Assembly: GCF_011045215.1 (NCBI RefSeq)
Contig: NZ_CP049201.1
From: Escherichia coli
GTDB taxonomy: Bacteria > Pseudomonadota > Gammaproteobacteria > Enterobacterales > Enterobacteriaceae
Length of the DNA stretch: 64,000 bases
Direction: 5' to 3' (one strand)
Position 1 is the first letter of the stretch. The number at the start of each line of letters is the position of its first letter. This document shows positions 44,386 to 54,947 of this stretch, piece by piece. A program made the position numbers and the translations under genes. The notes below the pieces were generated by a model. That model was not told the origin of the DNA. It did no database searches and worked only from the letters and a program-made list of their open reading frames with translations.

Positions 44386-44882
44386 TGTCGCCATCATTAC
44401 GCAAGGCTGTTGCTGCTGCTATTGGTGGTGGGGCTGTTGCCATAGCGTCTGTGCTCATCACTGGTCCGAGTGGTGACGATGGCCTGGAAGGTGTCAGCTA
44501 CATACCATACAAAGATATCGTTGGCGTATGGACTGTATGTCACGGACACACCGGAAAAGACATCATGCTAGGTAAAACGTATACCGAAGCAGAATGCAAA
44601 GCCCTCCTGAATAAAGACCTTGCCACGGTCGCCAGACAAATTAACCCGTACATCAAAGTCGATATACCGGAAACAACGCGCGGCGCTCTTTACTCGTTCG
44701 TCTACAACGTGGGTGCTGGCAATTTCAGAACATCGACGCTTCTTCGCAAAATAAACCAGGGCGATATCAAAGGCGCATGTGACCAGCTACGTCGCTGGAC
44801 ATACGCTGGCGGTAAGCAATGGAAAGGCCTGATGACTCGTCGTGAGATTGAGCGTGAAGTCTGTTTGTGGGGGCAACAATGA
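44385..44882 (+). CDS. phage lysozyme (T4 lysozyme/GH24 family) with N-terminal signal-anchor
   Basis: 165 aa; hydrophobic N-terminus ([18 protein letters not shown]) then lysozyme core with catalytic E-D-T spacing; ATG overlaps holin stop. Confidence 0.88.
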   Translation: MSPSLRKAVAAAIGGGAVAIASVLITGPSGDDGLEGVSYIPYKDIVGVWTVCHGHTGKDIMLGKTYTEAECKALLNKDLATVARQINPYIKVDIPETTRGALYSFVYNVGAGNFRTSTLLRKINQGDIKGACDQLRRWTYAGGKQWKGLMTRREIEREVCLWGQQ

Positions 44883-45346
44883 GCAGAGTAACCGCGATTA
44901 TCTCCGCTCTGGTTATCTGCATCATCGTCTGCCTGTCGTGGGCGGTCAATCATTACCGTGATAACGCCATCGCCTACAAAGAACAGCGAGATAAAAAAGT
45001 CAGTGAGCTGAAGCAGGCGACCGCCACCATCGCTGACATGCAGCAGCGTCAGCGTGATGTTGCTGCGATCGATGCAAAATACACGAAGGAGTTAGCCGAT
45101 GCGAAAACTGAAAATGAAACTCTGCGCGCTGATGTTGCCGCTGGTCGTAAGCGCCTGCGGGTCAATGCCAGTTGCTCCGCAGCCGTGCGTGAAGCCACCG
45201 GACCCACCAGCATGGATAATGCAACCAGCCCCCGACTGGCAGACACCGCTGAACGGGATTATTTCATCCTCAGAGAACGGTTGATGACGATGCAGAAGCA
45301 ACTGGAAGGGGCGCAGGAATATATCCGCACCCAGCGCATTAAGTAG
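44879..45346 (+). CDS. Rz: i-spanin Rz
   Basis: 155 aa with N-terminal TM and coiled-coil periplasmic domain; overlaps lysozyme stop. Confidence 0.85.
   Translation: MSRVTAIISALVICIIVCLSWAVNHYRDNAIAYKEQRDKKVSELKQATATIADMQQRQRDVAAIDAKYTKELADAKTENETLRADVAAGRKRLRVNASCSAAVREATGPTSMDNATSPRLADTAERDYFILRERLMTMQKQLEGAQEYIRTQRIK
45099..45284 (+). CDS. Rz1: o-spanin Rz1 lipoprotein, embedded in Rz
   Basis: 61 aa in +1 frame inside Rz; lipobox LVVSAC; proline-rich. Confidence 0.8.
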   Translation: MRKLKMKLCALMLPLVVSACGSMPVAPQPCVKPPDPPAWIMQPAPDWQTPLNGIISSSENG

Positions 45347-45367
45347 CTGGAGAAAAAACACGAATCT

Positions 45368-45730
45368 GTGGTTTTTACTGAGCGCGGTGTACACGGTGGA
45401 ACATATGGCGGGAAGTTTGTTGCTTATGATTATGCAGCATGGCTAAACCCCGGATTTAAATATGCAGCCTATAAAGTCCTGGATGACTACTTCACCGGAG
45501 AACTTCAGCATCGCAACAGCTTAAGTGCGCAGCTCAATATGAAGTGTCATGAGTTTGATCAGAAAAAAGATATGGCGAGCTTCTGTGGACAAGGGCTGGC
45601 GGCATGGCGCTATACGAAGCCAGTGTTGGTCGCTGAGATTAACTCCCTGGCTAACCAGCTGCAGATAACGATCCCCGGGCTGTCCGGTATTTGCCGGTAT
45701 GAAATTACCGGAAGGCGCGGTCGTTACTGA
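45368..45730 (+). CDS. hypothetical phage protein
   Basis: 120-aa ORF after the lysis cassette. Confidence 0.55.
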   Translation: MVFTERGVHGGTYGGKFVAYDYAAWLNPGFKYAAYKVLDDYFTGELQHRNSLSAQLNMKCHEFDQKKDMASFCGQGLAAWRYTKPVLVAEINSLANQLQITIPGLSGICRYEITGRRGRY

Positions 45731-46184
45731 GTAACAGCAGGCATTACAGCAGCCCTTCACTGAGGGGCTGCGATAATGTGAGGAATAAAAAACCGGCAGG
45801 GGAAATCCATTGAAGATTTGCCGGTGGCAAAAGATGGCCATGCTTTTAACCTTAGTAGCAGAGTTACGGAGTTCAACAACGACCGTCGCCGTTATCTTGC
45901 TGAAAGGCGTTTCAATGATTTTCATCAATTTATTCATCAGCAATGGTGATAATCACTCTCATTTTGGCGGGTCCTTCCGGTGGGGTGGCCTGCCACGGGG
46001 CGGGAGCGTCGCGGAAAAAGGCTAGTTTTTGAAATTTCATTCGTCATCACCACCACTGTAATAGATTGATATTACAGTGGTTTTATTTTTATGGTGTCGA
46101 TTTTGATTGTTTTTTTGTTCACCACTAACACCGTTTGCCTAAAGTTGTTCGCAAGATGCATGTTTAAAACATTCTGGAGCGGGT

Positions 46185-46679
46185 ATGGATCGAGAGTTAA
46201 AAAATCTGACGCTGAATATCAGTCAACTGGCGGCACTGTCAGGTGTACATCGCCAGACTGCTGCGGCAAGGCTGCAAAATCTACCCGTTGCAGGGGGGCA
46301 TGAAAGCAACCTCAAGCTTTATCGGGTGGTTGATATTGTGTCGGCATTTCTGGCATTGCCACCGCCGGTTGCAGAAGGCGAAATGGACGCGCATGAGCGC
46401 AAAGCCTGGTATCAGTCTGAACGTGAGCGTCTTAAGTTCGAACAGGAAACGGCACAACTCATTCCGGCCAGTGATGTCAGACGGGAGTTTGCCATCTGGG
46501 CAAAAGCGGTCGTGCAGGTGCTGGAGACATTACCGGATATTCTGGAACGTGACTGCGGTCTGCAGCCTGCCGCTGTGAGCCGTGTTCAGTCCATTATTGA
46601 TGATCTGCGCGATCAGATAGCCCTGCGGGTGACTGAAGCAGGTGCGGATGATGAGGAGGAATTACAGCAGGAGGAGTAA
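46185..46679 (+). CDS. terminase small subunit
   Basis: 164 aa with N-terminal HTH-like segment (LNISQLAALSGVHRQTAAARL) and acidic C-terminus; directly precedes large terminase. Confidence 0.8.
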   Translation: MDRELKNLTLNISQLAALSGVHRQTAAARLQNLPVAGGHESNLKLYRVVDIVSAFLALPPPVAEGEMDAHERKAWYQSERERLKFEQETAQLIPASDVRREFAIWAKAVVQVLETLPDILERDCGLQPAAVSRVQSIIDDLRDQIALRVTEAGADDEEELQQEE

Positions 46680-48781
46680 TGCTGAATCAGGAAACCGCAA
46701 AGGCAGCACGAACCGATTCAGGTTATATCCTTCGCGCACCGAGACGAATGCGGGTTGCTGATGCCGTTGCTCAGTATATGCGGGTGCCCATGGGGGCAGG
46801 GAACTCAGTCCCGTGGGATCCGCTGGTGGCACCGTATGTTATTGAGCCGATGAACTGCCTGGCCTCGCGTGAATACGACGCAGTGATATTTGTTGGCCCG
46901 GCACGAACCGGCAAGACTATCGGCCTGATTGACGGCTGGGTGATTTACAACGTGATTTGCGATCCTGCTGATATGCTGATCATTCAGATGACGGAGGAAA
47001 AAGCCCGCGAACACTCCAAAAAACGACTCGCCAGAACGTTTCGCGTCAGCCCGGAAGTGGTCAGTCGCCTGAGTCCGAACAAAAATGACAACAACGTTTA
47101 TGACAGAACATTCCTTGCTGGTAACTACCTGAAAATCGGCTGGCCGTCAGTCAATATCATGTCCTCATCAGATTATAAATGCGTCGCGCTGACGGATTAT
47201 GACCGTTTTCCGGAAGATATTGATGGCGAGGGGGATGCTTTCTCTCTTGCCTCAAAACGTACCACCACATTTATGTCCAGCGGTATGACGCTGGTGGAGA
47301 GTTCCCCCGGCAGGGATGTGAAGGATGTGAAATGGCGACGGACTTCACCGCATGAGGCTCCACCAACCACGGGGATCCTGTCGCTCTATAACCGTGGTGA
47401 TCGCCGTCGCTGGTACTGGCCCTGTCCACACTGTGGTGAGTATTTTCAGCCCTGCGGCGATGTGGTTGCTGGTTTCCGTGATATTGCCGATCCCGTGCTG
47501 GCAAGTGAGGCGGCTTATATTCAGTGTCCTTCCTGTTCAGGACGGATTATGCCTGAACAAAAACGTGAGCTGAACGGACGTGGGGTCTGGTTGCGGGATG
47601 GTGAATCCATCAATGCGGATGGCAGTCGTTATGGTGATCCCCGACGCTCACGTATTGCGTCATTCTGGATGGAGGGTCCGGCAGCTGCTTACCAGACACT
47701 CTCGCAACTCGTTTACAAACTGCTTACTGCAGAACAGGAATACGAGACAACCGGAAGTGAAGAAACACTCAAGACGGTTATCAATACCGACTGGGGATTA
47801 CCTTATCTTCCCCGCGCCAGCATGGAGCAACGAAAAAGTGAACTGCTTGAGCAGCGGGCAGAGCCAGTTCCTTCCCGCAGTGTGCCGGATGGCGTTAATT
47901 TCCTTGTGGCGACAGTGGATGTGCAGGCGGGACGTCATCGCCGTTTTGTGGTTCAGGTAACGGGCTATGGCAGCCGTGGCGAACGCTGGATTATTGATCG
48001 TTACAACATCACGCAGTCATTGCGCGGTGACAGCGACGGGGAGAGCCAGCGAATTGATCCGGCCAGCTATCCGGAAGACTGGGATGTCCTGCTGACGGAT
48101 GTTTTTCATAAAAGCTGGCCGCTGGCCTCCGATCCTTCTCAACAAATGCGACTGATGGCAATGGCGGTGGACTCCGGCGGTGAAGACGGGGTCACTGATA
48201 ATGCCTATAAATTCTGGCGTCGTTGCCGTCGTGATGGCCTTGGTAAACGTATTTACCTGTTTAAGGGCGACAGCATCCGGCGCGCAAAACTGATCACCCG
48301 TACATTCCCTGATAACACCGGACGAACGGGCCGACGGGCGCAGGCCGCAGGTGATGTGCCGCTCTGGCTTCTTCAGACGGATGCACTGAAAGACCGGGTG
48401 AATAACGCGTTATGGCGTGACTCGCCAGGTCCCGGCTATGTGCATTTCCCTGACTGGCTGGGGAGCTGGTTTTACGACGAACTGACGTATGAAGAGCGGA
48501 GCAGTGACGGGAAATGGAGTAAGCCGGGTCGCGGTGCCAACGAAGCTTTTGACCTGATGGTGTATGCCGAGGCTCTGGTCATTCTGCATGGATACGAAAA
48601 GATCCGCTGGCCGGATGCACCGGAGTGGGCGAGCCGGGAAACCTGGCTGGAGTGTGTCCCGGACAGTACCGAACCGTCATCCTCACCGGAACCGGTATCC
48701 ACGCCTGTTAAAAAACAAAAACGGAAGAAAACAGTAACTGACGATGTTAACCCCTGGCTGACTTCCGGAGGATGGTTATGA
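46679..48781 (+). CDS. terminase large subunit (lambda gpA family)
   Basis: 700 aa; Walker A-like VGPARTGKT; ATG overlaps small-subunit stop. Confidence 0.9.
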   Translation: MLNQETAKAARTDSGYILRAPRRMRVADAVAQYMRVPMGAGNSVPWDPLVAPYVIEPMNCLASREYDAVIFVGPARTGKTIGLIDGWVIYNVICDPADMLIIQMTEEKAREHSKKRLARTFRVSPEVVSRLSPNKNDNNVYDRTFLAGNYLKIGWPSVNIMSSSDYKCVALTDYDRFPEDIDGEGDAFSLASKRTTTFMSSGMTLVESSPGRDVKDVKWRRTSPHEAPPTTGILSLYNRGDRRRWYWPCPHCGEYFQPCGDVVAGFRDIADPVLASEAAYIQCPSCSGRIMPEQKRELNGRGVWLRDGESINADGSRYGDPRRSRIASFWMEGPAAAYQTLSQLVYKLLTAEQEYETTGSEETLKTVINTDWGLPYLPRASMEQRKSELLEQRAEPVPSRSVPDGVNFLVATVDVQAGRHRRFVVQVTGYGSRGERWIIDRYNITQSLRGDSDGESQRIDPASYPEDWDVLLTDVFHKSWPLASDPSQQMRLMAMAVDSGGEDGVTDNAYKFWRRCRRDGLGKRIYLFKGDSIRRAKLITRTFPDNTGRTGRRAQAAGDVPLWLLQTDALKDRVNNALWRDSPGPGYVHFPDWLGSWFYDELTYEERSSDGKWSKPGRGANEAFDLMVYAEALVILHGYEKIRWPDAPEWASRETWLECVPDSTEPSSSPEPVSTPVKKQKRKKTVTDDVNPWLTSGGWL

Positions 48782-48990
48782 ACCAGAATGATATCGAAGC
48801 CATGATTCAGCGTTATACGGAAGCTGAAATGGCGGTGCTGGACGGAAAATCCGTCACCTTTAATGGTCAGCAGATGACCATGGAAAACTTATCTGAGATC
48901 CGGCAGGGACGGCAGGAGTGGGAGCGCCGCCTTGCGGCTCTGATTACACGACGACGGGGGCATCCCGGGTATCGGCTGGCGAGGTTCTGA
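48772..48990 (+). CDS. W: head-tail joining protein, gpW-like
   Basis: 72 aa with gpW-type pattern and C-terminal RRRGHPG. Confidence 0.75.
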   Translation: MVMNQNDIEAMIQRYTEAEMAVLDGKSVTFNGQQMTMENLSEIRQGRQEWERRLAALITRRRGHPGYRLARF

Positions 48991-50498
48991 TGGCAATTCT
49001 TGATGATGTGATTGGCGTTTTTTCACCAGGATGGAAAGCGGCAAGGCTGCGTTCCCGTGCGGTGATCCAGGCTTATGAGGCCGTAAAAACGACGCGGACA
49101 CACAAAGCCCGACGGGAGAACCGAACTGCCGACCAGTTAAGCCAGTACGGGGCCGTGTCGTTACGTGAGCAGGCCCGTTACCTTGATAACAACCACGATC
49201 TGGTTATTGGTGTATTTGACAAGCTGGAAGAACGGGTGGTGGGGAAAAACGGGATTATTGTCGAGCCACATCCGGTATTACGCAATGGGGCCATTGCCCG
49301 TGACCTGGCTGCGGAGATTCGCACCCGATGGAGTGAATGGTCTGTCAGCCCGGAAGTCACCGGGCAGTTTACCCGTCCGATGCTGGAACGTCTGATGCTT
49401 CGTACCTGGCTGCGCGATGGTGAGGTGTTTGCCCAGATGGTTTCCGGGCGCATAAACAGCCTGACGCCTTCTGCCGGTGTTCATTTCTGGCTGGAGGCGC
49501 TCGAGCCGGACTTTATTCCCATGACCAGTGATGAGAGCAACAGGCTGAATCAGGGCGTGTTTGTTGATGACTGGGGGCGTCCCGAAAAATATCTGGTGTA
49601 TAAAAGCCGTCCCGTATCCGGACGGCAGATGGAAACCAAAGAAGTGGATGCAGAGCGAATGCTGCATCTTAAATTTGTTCGCCGTCTGCACCAGATGCGC
49701 GGGACGTCTTTATTGTCCGGTGTGCTGATCCGCCTCAGTGCCCTGAAAGAGTATGAAGATTCTGAGCTGACTGCAGCAAGGATCGCCGCCGCTCTGGGGA
49801 TGTACATCCGGAAAGGCGACGGGCAGAGCTATGAAGCGGATGGTAATGGCAGCAAGGATAAGGAACGCGAGCTTACCATTCAGCCAGGCATTATTTACGA
49901 TGATCTGAAACCCGGCGAAGAAATCGGAATGGTGAAGTCGGATCGCCCAAATCCTAACCTTGAAACTTTTCGTAATGGTCAGTTGCGTGCCGTGGCGGCG
50001 GGCAGTCGTCTGAGTTTTTCCAGTACAGCGCGCAACTATAACGGCACTTACAGCGCCCAGCGTCAGGAGCTGGTTGAATCCACTGATGGCTACCTGATCC
50101 TGCAGGACTGGTTTATTGGTGCCGTCACCCGTCCGATGTATCGTGCCTGGCTGAAACAGGCTGTGGCATCCGGTGTTATCAGGCTACCCCGCGATCTTGA
50201 CCTTTCTTCACTGTATACCGCGGTGTATTCCGGACCGGTGATGCCGTGGATTGACCCTGTTAAGGAGGCTGAGGCCTGGAAAATCCAGATTCGTGGTGGA
50301 GCGGCGACAGAATCAGACTGGGTACGTGCTGGTGGTCGTAATCCGGATGATGTCAAACGTCGGCGCAAGGCCGAAATTGATGAAAACCGCAAGCTGGATC
50401 TGGTATTTGATACCGATCCGGCCAGTGATAAAGGAGGCAGCAGTGCCGCAACGAAACGACAGGAGCCGCAGCACACCGACGACCAGTCCGAAGAATAA
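48990..50498 (+). CDS. portal protein (lambda gpB family)
   Basis: 502 aa from ATG overlapping W stop (TGATG); position after terminase and W. Confidence 0.85.
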   Translation: MAILDDVIGVFSPGWKAARLRSRAVIQAYEAVKTTRTHKARRENRTADQLSQYGAVSLREQARYLDNNHDLVIGVFDKLEERVVGKNGIIVEPHPVLRNGAIARDLAAEIRTRWSEWSVSPEVTGQFTRPMLERLMLRTWLRDGEVFAQMVSGRINSLTPSAGVHFWLEALEPDFIPMTSDESNRLNQGVFVDDWGRPEKYLVYKSRPVSGRQMETKEVDAERMLHLKFVRRLHQMRGTSLLSGVLIRLSALKEYEDSELTAARIAAALGMYIRKGDGQSYEADGNGSKDKERELTIQPGIIYDDLKPGEEIGMVKSDRPNPNLETFRNGQLRAVAAGSRLSFSSTARNYNGTYSAQRQELVESTDGYLILQDWFIGAVTRPMYRAWLKQAVASGVIRLPRDLDLSSLYTAVYSGPVMPWIDPVKEAEAWKIQIRGGAATESDWVRAGGRNPDDVKRRRKAEIDENRKLDLVFDTDPASDKGGSSAATKRQEPQHTDDQSEE

Positions 50499-50511
50499 TT
50501 CCTGGTTCAGG

Positions 50512-52470
50512 ATGCAGGCTGGTCACCAGAGTGACGCGGATATTTATATTTATGACGAGATTGGTTTCTGGGGTGTTACAGCGAAGCAGTTTATCAGTGA
50601 TCTGAATGCACTGGGCGATATCACCCATATTAATCTCCATATTAATTCACCGGGTGGCGATGTCTTTGAAGGCATCGCCATTTTTAATGCACTGAAAACA
50701 CATGGTGCGTCCATTACCGTTTATGTCGACGGTGTGGCGGCGTCAATGGCGTCGGTCATTGCGATGGTGGGAAACCCGGTCATTATGCCGGAAAACACCT
50801 TCATGATGATTCATAAACCATTTGGCTTTACGGGCGGTGATGCGGAGGACATGCGCACCTATGCCGACCTGCTCGATAAAGTTGAGGCGGTTCTGTTACC
50901 CGCTTATGCACAGAAAACCGGGAAAACCACCGATGAAATTGCTGCCATGCTGGCGGATGAGACCTGGATGTCCGGTGCCGAATGTCTGGCACATGGATTT
51001 GCTGATCAGGTAACGCCAGCCGTTAAGGCAATGGCATGTATTCAGTCAAAACGTACAGAGGAATTTAAAAAGATGCCGGAATCCATTCGAAACATGATTA
51101 CTCCGCCACGCAACAGTGCTCCACGCGTACAGGATAATGAACCTGAAGCCTCCCGGACGCCAGTGCAGGCAGCAGCACCCGTGGTGGATGAAAACAGCAT
51201 CCGTGCGCAGGTACTGGCAGAGCAAAAAGCGCGTGTAAACGGTATTAATGATCTGTTTGCCATGTTTGGCGGGCGTTATCAGACGCTGCAGGCTCAGTGT
51301 CTTGCCGATCCTGAATGTTCGCTGGAGCAGGCCCGCGAAAAGCTGTTGAACGAGATGGGGCGCGAGTCCACGCCATCCAATAAAAATACCCCGGCTCATA
51401 TTTATGCCGGTAACGGTAATTTTGTGGGGGACGGGATCCGCCAGGCGCTGATGGCGCGTGCCGGATTTGAAAAAACCGAACGTGATAATGTCTACAACGG
51501 GATGACCCTGCGTGAATATGCCCGTATGTCACTGACTGAACGGGGTATTGGGGTTTCCAGTTATAACCCGATGCAGATGGTCGGTGCGGCGTTCACACAC
51601 AGTACGTCTGACTTCGGTAATATTCTGCTGGATGTTGCGAACAAAGCCATTCTGCAGGGCTGGGAAGATGCCCCTGAAACCTATGAACAGTGGACGCGGA
51701 AAGGTCAGTTGTCTGATTTTAAAATTGCCCATCGTGTGGGTATGGGGGGCTTCAGTGCTCTGCGTCAGGTGCGTGAAGGGGCGGAATATAAATACGTCAC
51801 CACCGGAGATAAACAGGCCACTATTGCACTGGCGACCTATGGCGAGCTGTTCAGTATCACCCGTCAGGCCATTATCAATGATGATCTGAATATGCTGACC
51901 GATGTCCCGATGAAACTGGGCCGTGCGGCGAAATCCACTATTGCCGATCTGGTTTATGCCATTCTGACGTCTAACCCGAAAATCTCCACAGATAATGTAA
52001 GTCTGTTCGATAAAGCGAAACATGCAAACGTACTGGAGAGCGCTGCAATGGACGTGGCATCGCTGGATAAAGCCCGCCAGTTGATGCGCGTTCAGAAAGA
52101 GGGGGAGCGTCATCTGAATATTCGTCCTGCGTTCGTACTGGTACCGACGGCGATGGAGTCTGTTGCTAACCAGGTCATTCGCTCCTCAAGTGTCAAGGGG
52201 GCTGACATTAACGCCGGTATTATTAACCCGGTGAAAGATTTTGCGACCGTTATTGCAGAGCCTCGTCTTGATGATAACAGCCAGACCACCTTCTACCTGG
52301 CTGCGTCAAAAGGCTCCGATACGATTGAAGTGGCTTATCTCAACGGTGTGGATACGCCATATATTGATCAGATGGAGGGCTTCAGTGTGGATGGCGTGAC
52401 AACGAAAGTGCGTATTGACGCCGGTGTCGCGCCAGTTGATCACCGCGGTCTGGTGAAATGTACGGCGTAA
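50512..52470 (+). CDS. prohead protease (ClpP/S14-like) fused to major capsid protein
   Basis: 652 aa; N-terminal ClpP-like region (NSPGGDVFEGIAIFNAL...GVAASMASVIAM) and C-terminal capsid-like domain; upstream in-frame extension overlaps portal and is rejected. Confidence 0.8.
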   Translation: MQAGHQSDADIYIYDEIGFWGVTAKQFISDLNALGDITHINLHINSPGGDVFEGIAIFNALKTHGASITVYVDGVAASMASVIAMVGNPVIMPENTFMMIHKPFGFTGGDAEDMRTYADLLDKVEAVLLPAYAQKTGKTTDEIAAMLADETWMSGAECLAHGFADQVTPAVKAMACIQSKRTEEFKKMPESIRNMITPPRNSAPRVQDNEPEASRTPVQAAAPVVDENSIRAQVLAEQKARVNGINDLFAMFGGRYQTLQAQCLADPECSLEQAREKLLNEMGRESTPSNKNTPAHIYAGNGNFVGDGIRQALMARAGFEKTERDNVYNGMTLREYARMSLTERGIGVSSYNPMQMVGAAFTHSTSDFGNILLDVANKAILQGWEDAPETYEQWTRKGQLSDFKIAHRVGMGGFSALRQVREGAEYKYVTTGDKQATIALATYGELFSITRQAIINDDLNMLTDVPMKLGRAAKSTIADLVYAILTSNPKISTDNVSLFDKAKHANVLESAAMDVASLDKARQLMRVQKEGERHLNIRPAFVLVPTAMESVANQVIRSSSVKGADINAGIINPVKDFATVIAEPRLDDNSQTTFYLAASKGSDTIEVAYLNGVDTPYIDQMEGFSVDGVTTKVRIDAGVAPVDHRGLVKCTA

Positions 52471-52493
52471 ACGTCGCAGACAACAACTCTGAT

Positions 52494-52513
52494 GGCCCGT
52501 AAGGGCTTTTTTT
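52494..52513 (+). terminator. terminator-like hairpin after capsid gene
   Basis: short stem gccc/gggc with 7-T run. Confidence 0.5.
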
Positions 52514-52556
52514 GTACCTGAAATCAGCCCCTGAACGGGGCTGTGCGGAGACAGTT

Positions 52557-52880
52557 ATGGCAAAGAATTTTGTAGAAGAAGGAAAAACGGTGGCGATTGT
52601 TGCCAGTGCAGCCATCAGCAGCGGAGATCTGGTGCAGGTGGGTGATGTTTTTGCGGTGGCGCTGACCGATATTCCACAGGGTGAAACAGGCGACGGCATG
52701 ACCGAAGGTGTGTTTATCCTGCCTAAACTGAAAACGGATGACATGAAAACGGGTAAGAAGGTTTATCTGAAGTCCGGAAAAGTTCAGCTGACTAACAGCG
52801 GCTCTGATCCGCTGGTCGGGGTTGTCTGGGCAGATGCCGGAACCAGTGCAGAAGAAGTGCCGGTAAAACTCAATGTCTGA
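52557..52880 (+). CDS. small head structural/decoration-type protein
   Basis: 107 aa directly after the capsid gene. Confidence 0.6.
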   Translation: MAKNFVEEGKTVAIVASAAISSGDLVQVGDVFAVALTDIPQGETGDGMTEGVFILPKLKTDDMKTGKKVYLKSGKVQLTNSGSDPLVGVVWADAGTSAEEVPVKLNV

Positions 52881-53148
52881 TCCCTTTTCCCGGCTGGCAG
52901 CGCGTATGGATGCGATCACGGTCAGAAAGATGGGAAAGACAGCCTCGATTAATGATGTCGATATGACTGTGATCCCGGGAGAAACACTGGCAGAGCTGAA
53001 TGCTCTGTCCGGACCTGCGGTCTCTCTGGTGGTGTTTTCTTCGGGATACCGCCCACGGCGCGGGGATCGCGTTGTTTATGACGGACAACATTGGACGGTC
53101 ACACGGCATGAACGCTTTAACGGTAAGCCAATGATCTTTATTGAGTAA
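52873..53148 (+). CDS. head-tail connector protein (FII-like position)
   Basis: 91-aa ORF overlapping previous stop, immediately before Z. Confidence 0.6.
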   Translation: MSDPFSRLAARMDAITVRKMGKTASINDVDMTVIPGETLAELNALSGPAVSLVVFSSGYRPRRGDRVVYDGQHWTVTRHERFNGKPMIFIE

Positions 53149-53159
53149 AGAGGTGTGGG

Positions 53160-53738
53160 ATGAAGGGGCTTGAGAATGCCATCCGCAATCTGAACAGCCT
53201 TGATACCCGTATGGTGCCACAGGCCAGCGCATGGGCGATAAACCGTGTGGCACAGAAAGCGGTCTCGGTTGCCACCCGGCAGGTTGCCGGGAATACCGTT
53301 GCGGGAGATAACCAGGTGAAAGGGATACCCCTGAAACTGGTACGTCAGCGTGTCCGGGTGTTTAAAGCCAGTCCGTCAGGAAAAATGACGGCCAGGATCC
53401 GCGTTAACCGGGGCAATCTGCCTGCCATTAAGCTGGGGACCGCCCGGGTCAGACTGACCCGACGTGGTGGAAAACTGCAGTACCGTGGCAGCGTGCTGAA
53501 GGTGGGTAAATATCTTTTCCGGGATGCGTTTATTCAGCAACTGGCGAATGGTCGCTGGCATGTGATGCGGCGTATTGATGGCAAAAATCGTTACCCCATT
53601 GATGTGGTGAAAATCCCTCTGTCCGGACCGCTGACACAGGCATTTGAAGATGCCCGCGACCGCATCATTGCTGCGGAAATGCCGAAACAGCTGGGGTATG
53701 CACTGAAACAACAACTGAGGTTATGGCTGACCCGATGA
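53160..53738 (+). CDS. Z: tail completion protein Z
   Basis: 192 aa, same length and position as lambda gpZ. Confidence 0.8.
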   Translation: MKGLENAIRNLNSLDTRMVPQASAWAINRVAQKAVSVATRQVAGNTVAGDNQVKGIPLKLVRQRVRVFKASPSGKMTARIRVNRGNLPAIKLGTARVRLTRRGGKLQYRGSVLKVGKYLFRDAFIQQLANGRWHVMRRIDGKNRYPIDVVKIPLSGPLTQAFEDARDRIIAAEMPKQLGYALKQQLRLWLTR

Positions 53739-54136
53739 ACCGACATACACAAATCCGCCAGGTCGTACTGGCACGCCTTCGGGAACAGTGTGGAGACAGC
53801 GCCACGTTTTTTGACGGGCTTCCGGCATTTGTTGATGCGCAGGAACTGCCTGCCGTGGCGGTGTGGCTGAGTGATGCTCAGTACACCGGAAAAATGACGG
53901 ATGACGATGACTGGCAGGCTGTTCTGCATATTGCTGTCTTCATCCGGGCACAGGCACCGGATTCAGAGCTGGATATGTGGATGGAGAGCACCATTTTCCC
54001 GGCCCTGAATGATGTACCGGCACTTTCCGGACTCATCGACACCCTGATCCCACTCGGTTTTAACTATCAACGTGATAATGAGATGGCCACCTGGGCGATG
54101 GCGGAAATCACGTACCAGATCACGTACACGAATTAA
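53735..54136 (+). CDS. U: tail terminator protein U
   Basis: 133 aa from ATG overlapping Z stop (ATGA). Confidence 0.8.
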   Translation: MNRHTQIRQVVLARLREQCGDSATFFDGLPAFVDAQELPAVAVWLSDAQYTGKMTDDDDWQAVLHIAVFIRAQAPDSELDMWMESTIFPALNDVPALSGLIDTLIPLGFNYQRDNEMATWAMAEITYQITYTN

Positions 54137-54146
54137 GGAGGTGGCA

Positions 54147-54890
54147 ATGACCACACCAAATCCACTGGCAAAAACGAAAGGTGCGGGAACGACGTTCTGG
54201 ATGTACACCGGCAAGGGCGATGCGTTTGCGAACCCTTTATCGGACACTGACTGGCTGCGTCTTGCGATGGTGAAGGATCTGCAGCCTGGCGAAATGACCG
54301 CTGATGCAGAAGATGACACTTATCTCGATGATGAAGATGCAGACTGGAAAACGACAACCCAGGGGCAGAAATCCGTCGGTGATACTTCGGCGACGCTGGC
54401 CTGGCGTCCGGGTGACAGCGGGCAGAAAAAACTGGTTCAGTTGTTCGACGCCGGTGAAGTCTGCGCGTTTCGTATCAAATATCCCAACGGTACTGTTGAT
54501 GTTTTCCGTGGCTGGCTGAGTTCACTGGGTAAAACCATTGCCTCAAAAGACGTGATGACCCGCACAGTGAAAATCAGCGGTGTGGGGCGTCCGTATCTGG
54601 CAGAAGAAGGTACTGAAACCGTGGGCGTTACCGGGCTGACGGTGGCACCGGCATCTGCCAGTGTAAAAGTGGGAGCAACCACCACGCTGACCTTTACAGT
54701 AAAACCTGACGGAGCCAGTGACAAAGCGATCAGTGTGCATTCGACAGATCCACAGACTGCCACGGTGACCCTGAACGGGCTTGTGGCCACGGTGAAAGGC
54801 GTGAAGCAGGGCAGTGTCAGCATTGTGGGCATGACTTCTGACGGCGATTTTGTGGCAGTGGCTGCGGTGGCTGTCAGCGCAGCAGGTTAA
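54147..54890 (+). CDS. V: major tail protein V with C-terminal Ig-like domain
   Basis: 247 aa with strong RBS TAAGGAGG; C-terminal Thr/Val-rich Big_2-like segment. Confidence 0.85.
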   Translation: MTTPNPLAKTKGAGTTFWMYTGKGDAFANPLSDTDWLRLAMVKDLQPGEMTADAEDDTYLDDEDADWKTTTQGQKSVGDTSATLAWRPGDSGQKKLVQLFDAGEVCAFRIKYPNGTVDVFRGWLSSLGKTIASKDVMTRTVKISGVGRPYLAEEGTETVGVTGLTVAPASASVKVGATTTLTFTVKPDGASDKAISVHSTDPQTATVTLNGLVATVKGVKQGSVSIVGMTSDGDFVAVAAVAVSAAG

Positions 54891-54910
54891 CAGGACGATA
54901 CTCATCATTT

Positions 54911-54934
54911 GCCCCGGTTATCCGGGGCTTTTTT
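54911..54934 (+). terminator. rho-independent terminator after V
   Basis: stem gccccgg/ccggggc, loop ttat, then tttttt. Confidence 0.7.
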
Positions 54935-54947
54935 GCAGGTGGAGAAC

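Noticed and set aside
50251-50511. In-frame N-terminal extension of the protease-capsid ORF
   Set aside because: Overlaps the 3' end of the portal gene in another frame; the ATG at 50512 just after the portal stop is the more plausible start
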